Positions 1 to 12,601 of a DNA stretch of 64,000 bases are shown piece by piece (positions within the stretch are counted from its first letter, which is position 1; each line of letters starts with the position of its first letter). The notes under the pieces are model-generated. The model was not told where the DNA came from. It did not search any database and saw only the letters and a program-made list of their open reading frames with translations. The translations under genes and the position numbers were made by a program. The DNA is from Octopus vulgaris (taxonomy: Eukaryota), in contig OX597818.1 of assembly GCA_951406725.2 (NCBI GenBank), positions 131,626,001 through 131,690,000 on the forward strand. Reading direction: 5' to 3'.

Positions 1-96
1 GTGCAGCCTTCTGGCTTCCCAGATCCCCGGTCGAACCGTCCAACCCATGCTAGCATGGAGAACGGACGTTAAACGATGATGATGATGATGATGATG
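1..96 (+). mobile_element. 3' end of family E retroposon (RTE-type tail, (GAT)n terminus)
   Basis: Reads ...ccaacccatgctagcatggagaacggacgttaaac followed by (GAT)n. The same terminus occurs at 22720-22776, 55060-55095 and 60050-60104, and inverted at 3802, 26092, 26880 and 37955. Confidence 0.75.
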
Positions 97-258
97 AAGA
101 CTGGGTGAGCAAACAGCCAGTGCCATCACCTCATAAGAAAAACGATATGCTACTGGAACCATCCATATATAAAATAAAGGGGATTGAGATGGTCTTCATG
201 TGTTGTTGTTGTTGTTGATGGTGGTGGTAGTGGTGGTGATGATTGGAATGTTGTTAGT

Positions 259-643
259 GGAAGCACTCCGTCGGTTACAACGATGAGGGTTCCGGTTGAT
301 CCGAATCAACGGAACAGCCTGCTCGTGAAATTAACGTGTAAGTGGCTGAGCACTCCACAGACACGTGTACCCTTAACGTAGTTCTCAGGGATATTTAGCG
401 TGACACAGAGAGTGACAAGGCCGGCCCCTTGAAATACAGGTACAACAGAAACAGGAAGTAAGAGTGAGAGAATGTTGTGGTGAAAGAGTACAGCAGGGAT
501 CCCCACCATCCCTTGCCGGAGCCTCGTGGAGCTTTTAGGTGCTTTCGCTCAATAAACACTCACAATGCCCGGTCTGGGAATTGAAACCACGATCCTATGA
601 CTGCGAGTTCGCTGCCCAAACCACTGGGCCATTGCGCCTCCAC
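259..643 (-). mobile_element. tRNA-derived SINE, family C, tail type 1, full length
   Basis: The minus-strand head has an A box TGGCCCAGTGG and a B-box-like GTTTCAATTCC. A 12-bp TSD aatgttgttagt flanks it at 247-258 and 644-655. Near-identical copies at 13255 and 52072. Confidence 0.85.
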
Positions 644-757
644 AATGTTGTTAGTAATGATACTATAGATGATATGATAATGATAATAGTGTTTGGGGAG
701 AGAGTGGCAGTCACAGTTTTAACGATGTTGATAATATTGATTTTTTTTTTTTTAAAG

Positions 758-985
758 AAGGTGGCAAGCTAGCAGAAATGTTAGCACACTGAGTGAAATG
801 CTTAGTGGTATTTCATCAGCCTTTACATTCTGAGTTCAAATTCCACCGAGGTCGCCTTTACCTTTCATCCTTTCAGGGTTGATAAACAAGGTACCAGTTG
901 CGTACAGGAGTCAATCTCATCGACTGGTCCTTCCCCCCCAAAAAAAAAATAACATTTGAGGCCTTGTGCCTAGAGTAGAAAAGAA
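758..985 (+). mobile_element. SINE family B, tail type 2
   Basis: Head aaggtggcaagctagcagaa...gagttcaaattcc, central gcctttcatcctttcagggttgataaa...gtaccagtt domain, tail ggccttgtgcctagagtagaaa. A degenerate inverted copy follows at about 1003-1160. Confidence 0.75.
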
Positions 986-1639
986 TATTGATTTTTTAAA
1001 TTTTGGCACAAGAGGAGCAATTTAGGGGTAGGGGGTAAGTCAATTACATCAAATGGTACTTATTTTATCGATCCCAAAAAATTGGAAGGTAAAGTCAATC
1101 TTGGCAGAATTTGCACTCAGAATGTAAAGATGGACAAAATGCAGCTTACCACCTTATTACAGATGGATAATATTGATGTTAAGATGACACAGATGGTATT
1201 AATTGGGATATTCTATCATAAAGGTGTTGTTGGTGGTGTGTTGGTAGTAAGCTGAGAGCTTGGTGTTTGGTTGTGATGGTGGCTGATGGTGATGGAAACT
1301 GTACTGTGGTGACGTTTATTGTTATTATTTTTGAACCCCGGGTCAACCCTAACTAAGCAAACCTGAAATCAAAAGTATTCTAGGAATAAGTTAATCAGTG
1401 TTTTGTTTCCATTCTGTTTTTTTTTAAGCTTTGGTTTAAGGGAAATTTTATTGCTATTTCTAGCAAGTTGAACAACAGCTGAGAAACTCCCACTTTGGTG
1501 ACTCATGAGATTGTTGCAATTTATTAATAGTTCTTAATGCGTTGGTTGCAATTAATTTATACACAGGACCAGAAATTTAAAGTGAGAATGTTGGTTAAAA
1601 CTAATATATAAAGCCCTGTATTTTTCATTTTTCTTTTAT

Positions 1640-2040
1640 TTTTACTTGTTTTAGTCATTAGACTGTGGCTGTGCTGAGGCACCACTTTGAAGAATTTTAG
1701 TCAAATGAATCAATCTCAATACTTATATTCTTAAGCCTGGTACTCATTCTATCAGTGTCTTCAGCTGAAATGCTAAGTTACAAGGTGTAAACACACCAAC
1801 ACCAGTGGGAGATAAACACAAACATGAATACACACACCGTCATCCTCATTTAATGTCCATTTTCCATGATGGCATGGGTTGGACGGTTTGACTGAAAACT
1901 GATGAGCTGAGGAGCTGCACCAAGTTCCACTGATTTGGCATGGCTTCTATGGCTCAATGCCCTTCCTAAAGCCAACCACTTCAAAACTGGTTGACATTAG
2001 TAGTGGGTGTTTTTTATGTACCACTGGCACAGGTGCCAGT
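1640..2040 (-). mobile_element. Degenerate SINE A 3' part (1640-1835) plus degenerate family E element (1838-2040)
   Basis: Diverged matches to tttacttgtttcagtcatt...ctgtggcc and to ttccatg...gcatgggttggacgg...gcccttcctaa. Confidence 0.6.
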
Positions 2041-2090
<50 letters not shown>

Positions 2091-2093
<3 letters not shown>

Positions 2094-2437
2094 CAAAACG
2101 CCCCCCTGCCCGTCCAATAGACGGTGCTGAGTTGTCAAACATTTAAACCAAATTTTCTCAAAACAACATGTCCGACTGTCCCCTTTGAGAAACACTGATT
2201 CAACCTAAATTTAAGACACCAGCAAAAGAAGAAATAACGATAGACTTTTTTTCTATTCCAAAGAAAAACGATTTTATTCACTTTATCGATTGCATTCTCA
2301 CCTGGAATTGATTTTTGTAATTTTTTCAAGCCTTATACACACCCTGACACTGTTGGTATCCACATATCAAATTTGAGCACAATCGGATGGAGGATGCTCG
2401 AGATCCTAGAAGACACACAGACAGACAGAATGGATTT

Positions 2438-2440
<3 letters not shown>
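2091..2440 (+). mobile_element. Non-autonomous Helitron-like element between (TA)n tracts
   Basis: No TIR or TSD. The 3' end aaatttgagcacaatcggatg...acagacagacaga...ttttatata resembles Lep1/DINE-type Helitron ends. Flanked by (TA)n at 2044-2090 and 2444-2474. Confidence 0.45.
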
Positions 2441-2476
<36 letters not shown>

Positions 2477-3213
2477 ATGAGCTTCTTTCAGTTTCTACCT
2501 TCCAAATACACTCACAAGACTAGCTGGCTTGAAGCTATAATAGAAGACACTTGCCCAAATACAGTGGGACTGAACCTGGAATGAAGTGGTTGAGAAGCAA
2601 ATTCTTACCACACAATCACACCTGTGCTTTACTTTGTCAAACTCAGAGAGATGAAAGACTAAGTTGGCATCCATGGATACAGAGGTGAATAGGCCTCAGG
2701 GTAAATTAACTCCATTTCCAAGCAGAGTGAGGCACGTCAGCCTAAAATCTTCTTCACCCAAACAATTACCAAATTACTTAGAACAAAAAAGATTATGCTA
2801 GCATCAGTGAGTTTATTGAATGAGTAGGTGAACTTCAGATAATAGCATGGAAATATTTCAGTAACTGGCAGAATGCCATTTTGTAGATCAAGTTTTGGCC
2901 AGTTAAAAATATGCGATTGAGAAGGAAGGTTGATGGAGAACAAATTGTACAGAGGAGAAAAATTGCAAATTATCGAATATGCATACACATGACTCTGTGG
3001 TGACAAAGTTTGCATAGATACTATATGGTTTCAGGTTCAATCCCACTGTGAGGCACCTTAGGCAAGTGTCTCTAATATAACCTCAAGTTGAATAATTCCT
3101 AGCAAGTGAAACTTAATAGACAGAAATTATACAGAAGCTTGTGTGTGTGCATGTGTGCGTGCACGTGCATGCATGAGTCTATGTGTGTGAGTATGTGTGT
3201 GTGCATATATATA

Positions 3214-3520
3214 TGTGGAGGCACAATGGCCCAGTGGTTAGGGCAGCAGACTCGTGGTTGTAGGATCATGGTTTTGATTCCCAGACTAGGTGCTGTGAGT
3301 GTTTATTGAGCGAAGACACCTAAAGCTCCATGAGGCTCCGGCAGGGAGTGGTGGCGATCCCTGCTGTACTCTTTCGCCACAACTTTCTCTCCCTCTTTCT
3401 TCTGTTGGCCTGCTCGCTTAGCCAGCGAGGTGGCGTCATTTGAAGGCTAAAACAATGTGAAGCGCATTGTGACCAGCGATGTGTAACAACATCTGATAGC
3501 CTGGTTGGTCACGGTGATAT
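3214..3520 (+). mobile_element. tRNA-derived SINE, family C, tail type 2
   Basis: Same head and body as 259-643 up to ...caactttctct, then a different tail ctgttggcctgctcgcttagccagc...ggtcacggtgata. Second copy at 37375. Confidence 0.8.
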
Positions 3521-3723
3521 ATGTAATAAATCAATAAATAAAACATATGCATATATACATACATATATGTACGTACCTACCTCTACATGTATATATACAT
3601 GCATATATGGGTAGAGGACACTAAAAAAATGTCGAACACAATGAGAAACGAAAACATGTAGAGGTAGGTACGTACATAAATGTATGTATATATGCATATG
3701 TTTTATTTATTAATTTATTATAT
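3521..3723. repeat. 70-bp inverted repeat with 63-bp spacer
   Basis: 3521-3590 is the reverse complement of 3654-3723, with about 3 mismatches. Confidence 0.85.
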
Positions 3724-4115
3724 GACGGAACGCACGCATCCATTTCTAAGTAAGATTGTTCTTTATATATATATATATATACGCACACACACACATACAA
3801 ATCATCATCATCATCATCATTGTTTAGCGTCAGTTTTCCATGCTAGCATGGGTTGGACGTGCTAGCATGGGTTGGACGTATACACATGCAAATACACACA
3901 CATATGATATAAATGTTGATATGTGTGTACGTGGATGTAACTGTCGTATGTATTTGAATGTATTGCCACAGAGGCGTTATTTGAACAAACGGGGACATTA
4001 ATTTGTTACCAATAATCAATATGTTCCATAGCTTGGTGGGTTCATCAGTTTTAGCATATGAACCCCAATGAAATAAAAATAAAACAATATTTTAATAGGA
4101 AAAATCAAGTATATA

Positions 4116-4510
4116 GGCGCAGGAGTGGCTGTGTGGTAAGTAGCTTGCTAACCAACCACATGGTTCCGGGTTCAGTCCCACTGCATGGCATCTTGGGCAA
4201 GTGTCTTCTGCTATAGCTCCGAGCCGACCAATGCCTTGTGAGTGGATTTGGTAGACGGAAACTGAAAGAAGCCTGTCATATATATGTATATATATATATA
4301 TGTACGTGTGTGTCTGTGTTTGTCCCCCTAGCATTGCTTGACAACCGATGCTGGTGTGTTTACGTCCCCGTCACTTAGCAGTTCGGCAAAAGAGACCGAT
4401 AGAATAAGTACTGGGCTTACAAAGAATAAGTCCCGGGGTCGAGTTGCTCGACTAAAGGTGGTGCTCCAGCATGGCCGCAGTCAAAATGACTGAAACAAGT
4501 AAAAGAGAGT
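4116..4510 (+). mobile_element. tRNA-derived SINE, family A, full length
   Basis: A box TGGCTGTGTGG, B box GGTTCAGTCCC, internal (TA/TG)n, tail gactgaaacaagtaaaagag. TSD-like agtatata on both sides. Confidence 0.85.
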
Positions 4511-4519
4511 ATATAATAA

Positions 4520-4685
4520 TATAATAATATAATAATAATTATTGTATATAGTGCTCAGGTGCACCACAACTTGTAAAAAGTGCGTATAAAGCATATGCAG
4601 TAATGTACAAATGTCTGGGAAGTGAACAGTGTATGAGTCAGATACATGCTTGCGTGTGTATGGAGGGGAAAAAATCAGGTGTGTT
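4520..4685 (-). mobile_element. 3' UTR fragment of CR1-type LINE (same family as 15670)
   Basis: The reverse complement reads acacctgatt...gtgcacctgagcactatatacaataattattatt, matching the end of the LINE at 16040-16128. Confidence 0.65.
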
Positions 4686-6033
4686 GTTGGTTTTGTATCA
4701 GGAAGGACATCCAGTTGTGGAATTCGGCCTCAATAAATCATGTCTAATCCACGCTGGTATTAGAAAAGTTAAAAAAAAAAGCAAAACTAAACAAAACAAA
4801 AAAAAACAGATGTAAAAATGATGACAGCGGTGACAACACCATCAACAGTGATGACAACGATAATTACAACAATGACCACTTTCGAGAAACTCCATCTGCA
4901 GCAAATGGCCTATATGCCACATATTAAGACATACATTCACCTGACCAAAATATAACCCCTAGAAGAAGTCAACGTTGAATATATAATGAGTAACCAATAA
5001 GAAAAAAATTTGTATATCTATTGTAAGACACTATGACATTAATTGATCATTGTACAGTCAAAATGTTATCATAGTATCCATAAAAATGTCATTTAACTTC
5101 AGGAAAGTATAAGAAAATTAACTGTTTTATTTTTTTATGTGAGCTTTGTAATTCTATCCTATTTATTAGAAAAATGTGTTATTTTCATCTGATTTCTTTT
5201 TTCTTTTTTTTTGCTTTTTTTTTTTTTGTTTTTTTCTTTTTGGTTTTGTCATCGTGATTATAAAAAAACTTTCAATCATATAGATAATACTGAATCAATA
5301 ATAATATTACTTTTCTCACCTATGCAACAAAATTTGACCCTTAAAGTAAGCAAAGCTGGAACATAATTACAGACAAAGCAATATTTAACAGGAGTAACTA
5401 AATTAAAATCAGTTTTACTAATGTTTCTTTTTAGATATTGTCCATTTAAGATGATATAGCACATTCTTGAATCATCACAAAAAGTGATTTAAAAACAAAC
5501 AAATAAACAAACAAACAAACCAAAAACGTTATTTTTAACAAGTTAGTGAGTGAGAAAAATCTAATTTTCTGTTTTTGCATTATATTGCAACTTTAGGGTC
5601 ATGTCTTTGATGTTTGATATTTTTGAAAGTAGGAATATTAATTATGTATGTACTTATTCATTCATTTTTGAAAATAGTATAGATAAAATTTCTTCCACCC
5701 CCTTGTCTTCTACTAAACACATTAGATTTGTGAAGGTTTATGGCATTTTTATTGAACAAAAAATAAATAAAGAGAGAGAGAGAGAGAGACTAACTCCAAT
5801 CTACTTAGTAAAAAGGTCTACCAATTAAAAATCGAAAGTTGCAATTTAGTCTTTACAAATGTGTACTGCATTCTCCGAGGACTAAGTTTGTTAATTATCT
5901 TTTTATCACGTAACCTCTTGCCATCAATTTGCAAGTCTTGAACCAATGATCAAAGTGAAAAAGTAATTTTCAGAATATTGATACCAAACTGTGGCCTAAT
6001 TTAGTTTGACATACTTTGTAAATGTAAATGTAC

Positions 6034-6066
<33 letters not shown>

Positions 6067-7889
6067 GAGGGAGAGAGAATAACATCTTCTTCAGGGTATA
6101 GTTACAAAATTTAATAAAAAGCTAAAATATAAAAATGCAAAATAATCATAAAATAATAATAAAGAAAAACTAAAGATAGAGAGAAAGAATGATAGAAATT
6201 AATCTTATTTTATTTTTGCTCATTATAATTTCATAAATAAAGCTAGAGTGCCTCATCTTAGTCTCAGACTAGTGCAAAAACAAGCAATAGTATGGCTACC
6301 ATTTCCAATATAATTAAAATAATAAAATATATTGCAATGAATTGAACAATAAGATGAAAGACAAAAAACAAATTATTTGAGTTTGTATGTCATTGTTCTT
6401 TTTTATGTTCCCTTTGAAATTTCAGTGGAAAGTCTTTCCTATTTATTATTACTTTTTTTTTCCTTCAAAGAAAAACCCTGATTCTTTTTTGCATTAAAGA
6501 AACATTTGAAGAAAGATAAAATATACAATACAAAAAAAAAAAATCTAATATACAGAGAAAGCTACTAAATTCAAACTATATTATGAATTCCTCACTAAAC
6601 CTCTATGCTTGACTGAATTTACATGGGGACAAAAATAATTATTATTCATTTTTATATTTTTTTATAGGAAAACTTCAACATTTGGGGCTACAGTAATAAT
6701 TTTAAAAAATGATATTCGCATCTTATTAGTAATAGATCTCTGAATTAGCATCCATGTTTGGTTGAGAAAACACAGACTGTCACATCTTAATGAATCTGTA
6801 TGAACATAATACTAATAAATGTACCACTTAGTGATCAGTATATTTAAATTTATTGATAGCTGCTTATTTCATTGTTAATAACTTGATTCATAGAATAAGA
6901 TACATGGTCACAAAGCAATGTGACATGGGGTCAATAGCAATACCAATTAATGGATGAAACACATGTTGTCTACCATCAAAGAAAGTGAATTTGCTGAAGG
7001 ACTAAAAACTATAATTGGTTGAAAATATGATGAAAGGGACAAGAAGAATTTAATAAATGTAATTTAAAACAAAAATGACTAAAAAATTTACTAAAAATAA
7101 AATTGAGAATGGAAAGTATTTTGCATTTTTTCAATAAATATTTTACAAATTATGGCTGTAAATTTCTGGAAATTGCAGCAAGTTTATTTCTGGAAATAAA
7201 GACTGTAAATTTCTAGAAAGGCATCTACAATTGGATGCCAACTTTAAGGGCAAGTTATTTCATATTGTAAAAACTAATAATATTCATAATATTTGTCTCA
7301 AATTCTGGCACAAGGCCAGCAATTTCAGAAGAGGTAGTAAGTTGATTATATCAACCTAAGTGCACAGCTGGTACTTATTTTATCGACCTTGAAAGGATGA
7401 AATACAAAGTCAACCATAACAGAATTTAATCACAGAATGTTCGGTGTTCTAACAATCCAGCCTGTTCACTGTCCTAATAATAGTGATAATACTGATATCT
7501 TAACAGAAGCACAGATCTAAAAATTTGGGCAAAGAAGCAATCAATTACATTAATCATTTAGTACTTAATTGCTACTTATTTTATCAACCTCAGTAGTTAT
7601 AATCATGCATTTTAATTACTGTCTTCCATGCTAGCATGGGTTGAACTATAGAAAGCAAAAATAATCTTCCTAGGATCAGCTGCCATTTGCATCTAAGACT
7701 TAATGTCAAGCTGCTCATGAAAGCTTTATAGTGTGAGTTAAAATTCTGCCAAGATCGACTTTGCCTTTCATTCTTTCAGGGTCGATTATTTTATCGACCC
7801 TGAAAGTACCAGTTGAACTCTGGGGTGTTGCTGGTCTTGTGCCAAGATTTTAAAACAATAAGTTGTCTGGTACAACTTGTTGCCTAGTT

Positions 7890-8192
7890 GGGCTGTCAGC
7901 AACTAAACTGGAGAAGAGGGTTTGGTATGAACCCAGCAGGACAAAGAATAATACCTGTGAAAAAATCGAATGGATTTAGCCTAGGCTCAACAACCAAGTT
8001 AGAAACAACTCAGGAACTTAGAAATTCCAGGTAGGTGTCTGGCCGGCTGTTGGACCACTGGGACGGAAACACCTTAACTTTTGTTAAAGCATGTCCCTTA
8101 GGAGATGCCAGTACAGTGTCCACAGTTACAGTGGAGGTATAAGTGGAAAGCAACCAGACTAGAAGAAGGACACCTCTGAGTGTAAACCCTCA
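7890..8192 (+). mobile_element. Degenerate 5' region of RTE-type LINE
   Basis: Motif ggaaagcaaccagactagaagaaggacacctctgagtgtaaacc resembles RTE/Expander 5' UTR sequence. GC content is higher than the flanks. Confidence 0.4.
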
Positions 8193-8802
8193 ATGCATTA
8201 AGTATCTGAAATAGCTATCATTGCAGTAATTGTTTTCTAAGTTGCTGCAATTGTAGACAAAAAAATTTGCACTTCTGTTTAGCAATGGTAGAACATGGTT
8301 CAAGGAAAAACTAGCATCATCATCATCATCATCATACATTGTTTATTGAACCTGAAAGGCTGAAAGGCAAGGTTGGCCTTGGTGGAAATTGAACTCAGAG
8401 CACAGAAGGACATTCTTATCACCACAAACCAAAAGAATTTTATTGACCATATAAAATATTCTAGAAAAGAATTAAGACATTATAACAATAGACCATGGTT
8501 ACCATATTTCTGTTGAGATCCTGTGTTTCTTTCAATTAATTTTAAATATAAGCTAGTGTTAGAGGCATAAATTATGACTAAGGTTTGGTGGGAGACTTTA
8601 AACATGAACTTTTGAAAACATTACATTTGTACTACAGGGCCAGAGGCAGTTTAAGCCAGGCTGGTATCAAATGATGAAGTAAGAACCATAGTGTAGCAGA
8701 ATCTCAGCAATGACACAAAATGAAAAGTGTAGAAGTAAATACATTTTTCGGTACCCTCTATATGTTGATTTTTTATCTCTTACTACAAAGGTATTTAATG
8801 AT

Positions 8803-9042
8803 TTAACCCTTTTTGTTACCATATTTCTGTTTAAATACTCTACTTTTGTTTTGATGAATTTTTGAAATAATGAAGAATTTTTAAAAATAACTTTTGTTAT
8901 TTTAGTAAATTAAACTGATGTTTGCAACAAATTAAGATGAATTTTTGATGGAAGATTTTAATGTGGATCAGTTTAAAACAAGAAGTTTGTGTCATAGAAC
9001 AACCAATGGTAATCTCAGCCAGGTTGCTATCAAAAGAGTTAT
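8803..9042. mobile_element. Old copy of piggyBac-type MITE family 1
   Basis: Starts ttaaccctttttgttacc and ends ctatcaaaagagtta. Internal similarity to 12602 and 53221. A partial copy lies at about 8497-8670. Confidence 0.6.
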
Positions 9043-9094
9043 TTCTTGTTAAACAGACCACTTAAACAATTTTCAGTGGTTTGATTAATCAAGG

Positions 9095-9340
9095 GAGCCA
9101 TGTGGCTTAGTGGTTAGGGTGTTGAACTAATGATCGTAAGGTTGTGGTTTCAATTCCTGGACCGGGTGATGCATTGTGTTCTTGAGCAAAGCACTTCATT
9201 TCACATTGCTCTAGTCCACTCAGCAGGCAAAAATGAGTAATCCTGTGATGGACTGGCGTCCCGTCCAGGTGGGGAATTTCTACGCCACTGAAACCAGGAA
9301 CCCAGCCCTTATGATCCTGGCATGGCTCGAGAAGGAACAT
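9095..9340 (+). mobile_element. tRNA-derived SINE with family D head and a distinct tail
   Basis: Head tggcttagtggttagg...gtttcaattcc...gtgttcttgagcaaagcactt, followed by cctgtgatggactggcgtcccgtccagg (V-SINE-like segment). Confidence 0.7.
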
Positions 9341-10723
9341 TTATTTATTTTTTATTGATTTATCAAGGACTAAACTAATAAACACATCTTGTAGTAGTGA
9401 TCTACAGAGTATTGAGAAAAAAAATTTATTACTTCTTCAGTTTAACTAACTATATAAAATATGAATTATAGATAATTTTCTTAAAATATTGCTTTACATG
9501 TAAAATAAATAAATAAACATTAATTAAAATTTGGTTATCCCATGAGAAATTCAACACTATTTTCTCCTACTTTCTCTTGCAGCAGGAATTCAAAACTAAC
9601 ATAAAGAATATGGATATAATACCTGAGAATGTCATAAATTTTGGGGGATTGCTTGGAAAAATTCAAAGGAACAACACTAGAAGAGACCCTATTATTTCAT
9701 GCATTGGCAAAACTAACACGACATTTATCATAATGTGAAAGGTGTTAGAAGTGACCAAACAAAATAAACAATAGCTATATCATATGTACACCCAGAAACA
9801 TGCATGCTCACAACACACACATACACACACACACACATTTCTATGAAAATCGGTCATATTGAAAGTAATTTGATTACATATGATGTATTCTTGTTATTCA
9901 AAAAGTAATTATTCCTCTAGCATTTATTATGCTATAAAATTTCAATTATACTTGACTGAGACAGGATTCAGACCTCATAATTTCTAAACTTATCAACTAA
10001 GATTTTTCAAAATGTTCATTATAAATGCATACAGGCATATTTTGATGAGGAAGCTAATGAGAAGCATAGATTTCTTATGAAAGCAGTTTAAGCCATAAAA
10101 ATGTGACATATAGTTTGATTAGGATGTGATAAAAGATTCACTTGGAACAAAATACATTTCTCCCCTATCCTTTTACAAATGTTGCCTTTCTTTGTCTTTG
10201 CAAGAAAAAAACTGACATGAAAATTGTTTATGCAATTTAATATTGGAGAAAATGTCAGTATGAAATGCTGTTGCTAATTTTATACATATTCACTTTAATT
10301 TTGAGATATGAATCATACGATAACCATAACATACAACACATATGCAACAAACAAAGGATTTTCTACATGGTTACACAATCTGCTAGAAAAAGTAGTTAAG
10401 TCTTCCTCAAATCATACTTCAGTGTCTTAGAAAGGAAGGTTACACGGGATATTGTGGTCCTTGATGTTCTGTCTTTTGTAAAAGAAGGCAGGATATTCAT
10501 AGATAGAATGCTTTTAACTGTAGGTTTGCCTGCCCACTCAAAACTAATCTGAGGGCTAAAAAATAACAATAAGAACTCATTTGCAGCAATAGTACAGGAT
10601 ACTGCTGTTGTTGTCGTTGTTGATGGTGGTGGTGACGTTTTTACATCTCCTTTCATGTTGGCATGGGTTGGACAAGATGTTTTGAGGTAGTATTCTATAG
10701 CTAAGTCCACTTTGTGCAGAATA

Positions 10724-10935
10724 CCTATTTCTTTACTACCCACAAGGGGCTAAACACAGAGAGGACAAACAAGGACAGACAAACGGATCAAGTCGATTAT
10801 ATCGACCCCAGTGTGTAACTGGTACTTATTTAATCGACCCCGAAAGGATGAAAGGCAAAGTCGACCTTGGCGGAATTTGAACTTAGAACGAAATACCGCT
10901 CAGCATTTCGCCTGGCGTGCTAACGTTTCTGCCAG
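10724..10935 (-). mobile_element. SINE family B, tail type 1
   Basis: atacctatttctttactacccacaaggggctaaac...ggatgaaaggcaaagtcgacc. Copies at 21085, 49525 and 53112. Confidence 0.8.
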
Positions 10936-11260
10936 AATACCTGACTGGATGACTACATCGATACTTCATAATCAGTTTTTATGGTTGAGACTTGCTTATC
11001 CTTATTTACTAGGAAGAAGTATTATTAAGTGGCATAAAAAAGATGATTAAATTGGTTTAAAATGTGGTGGTCACAGTGGCAGTTGGAGTCCTTATAGAGC
11101 CAAAGAAATTGGTTCCATGGTTTTTCAGATTGCTGATATTATTTACTGAATCACAACTCTTAACAGAAGTATCCATTTTTTGCTGATGGAACACGATTTG
11201 AATTCAGAATGTACAGATACAGTATAGATACCACAAATTATCCTGCCTAATACTCTAATA

Positions 11261-11401
11261 TTAGGTTGTCCCAAAAGTTCGTAAACACTTGTGAAAATTG
11301 AATTTTTACTCGCCAAATACTAACAAAAACAACAAAAATTATTCCTCAAAATAAAGACCATTATTTTCCAAGACTTTCTACGAACTTTTGGGACAACCTT
11401 A
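11261..11401 (-). mobile_element. Mariner deletion derivative (MITE)
   Basis: TIRs aggttgtcccaaaagttcgta / tacgaacttttgggacaacct with TA flanks. The minus strand encodes KVLENNGLYFEE*, resembling a mariner transposase C-terminus. Confidence 0.8.
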
Positions 11402-11930
11402 TAATTCTAATAATTTGTCACTCTAGATGGGTACTATTTTTCACTGATCCCAAAAGAATGAAAAGTGATGTTGATCTCACCAAAATTTGAACTCAGAGCA
11501 TAGTGTGTCAGGAAAGATATCACAAAGCGTTTTATCTAAGACTTGAATGACACCACCAACTCACTGCTTTTAACATAGTTTATTGTACTCCTTTTATTAC
11601 TAACCACAGTGATGTTATTGAAACACTTCTGTGAAATAAAGATGTGCTGAAATAACATAAAAGTTTTAGCACATTGTTGATAATGAAATCATGTGAAACT
11701 TCACTTGATTGCAATTTTGACTAGAGGACATGCTAATAAAAAAAAGTTGATGTTAACAAAGATTTTCCAAATAATCTTTCTTATTATATAGCAATATCCC
11801 TAGGACACACTTCATAATTATTTCCTCTCGTCATTGTTATTTCCATCTTCAGGTAACATTCACAAGTTACAGTTAATGTATTTTGAGATTACCATTTGAT
11901 AAAACTCATGTCATATATTTCTATTTTATG

Positions 11931-12321
11931 AGTGCAGGAGTGGCTGTGTGGTAAGTAGCTTGCTTACCAACCACATGGTTCCAGGTTCAGCCCCACTGCA
12001 TGTTGCCTTGGGCAAGTGTCTTCTACGATAGCCTTGGGCCGAGTAAAGCCTTGTGAGTGGATTTGTTAGACAGAAACTGAAAGAAGCCCATCGTATACAT
12101 GTATATATATATATGTGTGTGTGTGTTTATGTGTCTGTGTTTGTCCCCACAACATTGCTTGACAACCGATGCTGGTGTGTTTACATCCCCGTAACTTAGC
12201 AGTTCGGCAAAAGAGACCAATAGAATAAGTACTAGACTTACAAAGAATAAGTCGATTTGCTCGACTAAAAGGTGGTGCTCCAGCATGGCCGCAGTCAAAT
12301 GACTGAAACAAGTAAAAGAGT
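11931..12321 (+). mobile_element. SINE family A, full length
   Basis: Same head, body and tail as 4116-4510. Confidence 0.85.
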
Positions 12322-12601
12322 ATGCCTATAGATATTCATATTTGTTTAAATTGAAAAAGTGTCACTGTTTCTTAATGAATCCTTTTTTCTGAAATTTGCA
12401 CTGATGTCCAAAATTATTGTAGTATAATGCATGAAGAAAAAAAATCCCTTTACCAAAGTCACCACAAGGTGAAACAGGGGGGATACAAGAAAAGGGACAG
12501 TGGAAAACTGATGGTTGTAGTGGATGATAGTAGAGCAGGATCATTAGTGTGAGATACAGAAAAACATAATGCCTATTTCATACTGCTTACAGCCACTTTA
12601 A

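Noticed and set aside
306-509. Conserved small protein family (ORFs at 306, 13268, 52122)
   Set aside because: These are translations of the same SINE C body, bounded by TSDs.
4116-4190. tRNA genes at SINE heads
   Set aside because: They have A and B boxes but no full cloverleaf or acceptor stem, and they continue into SINE bodies.
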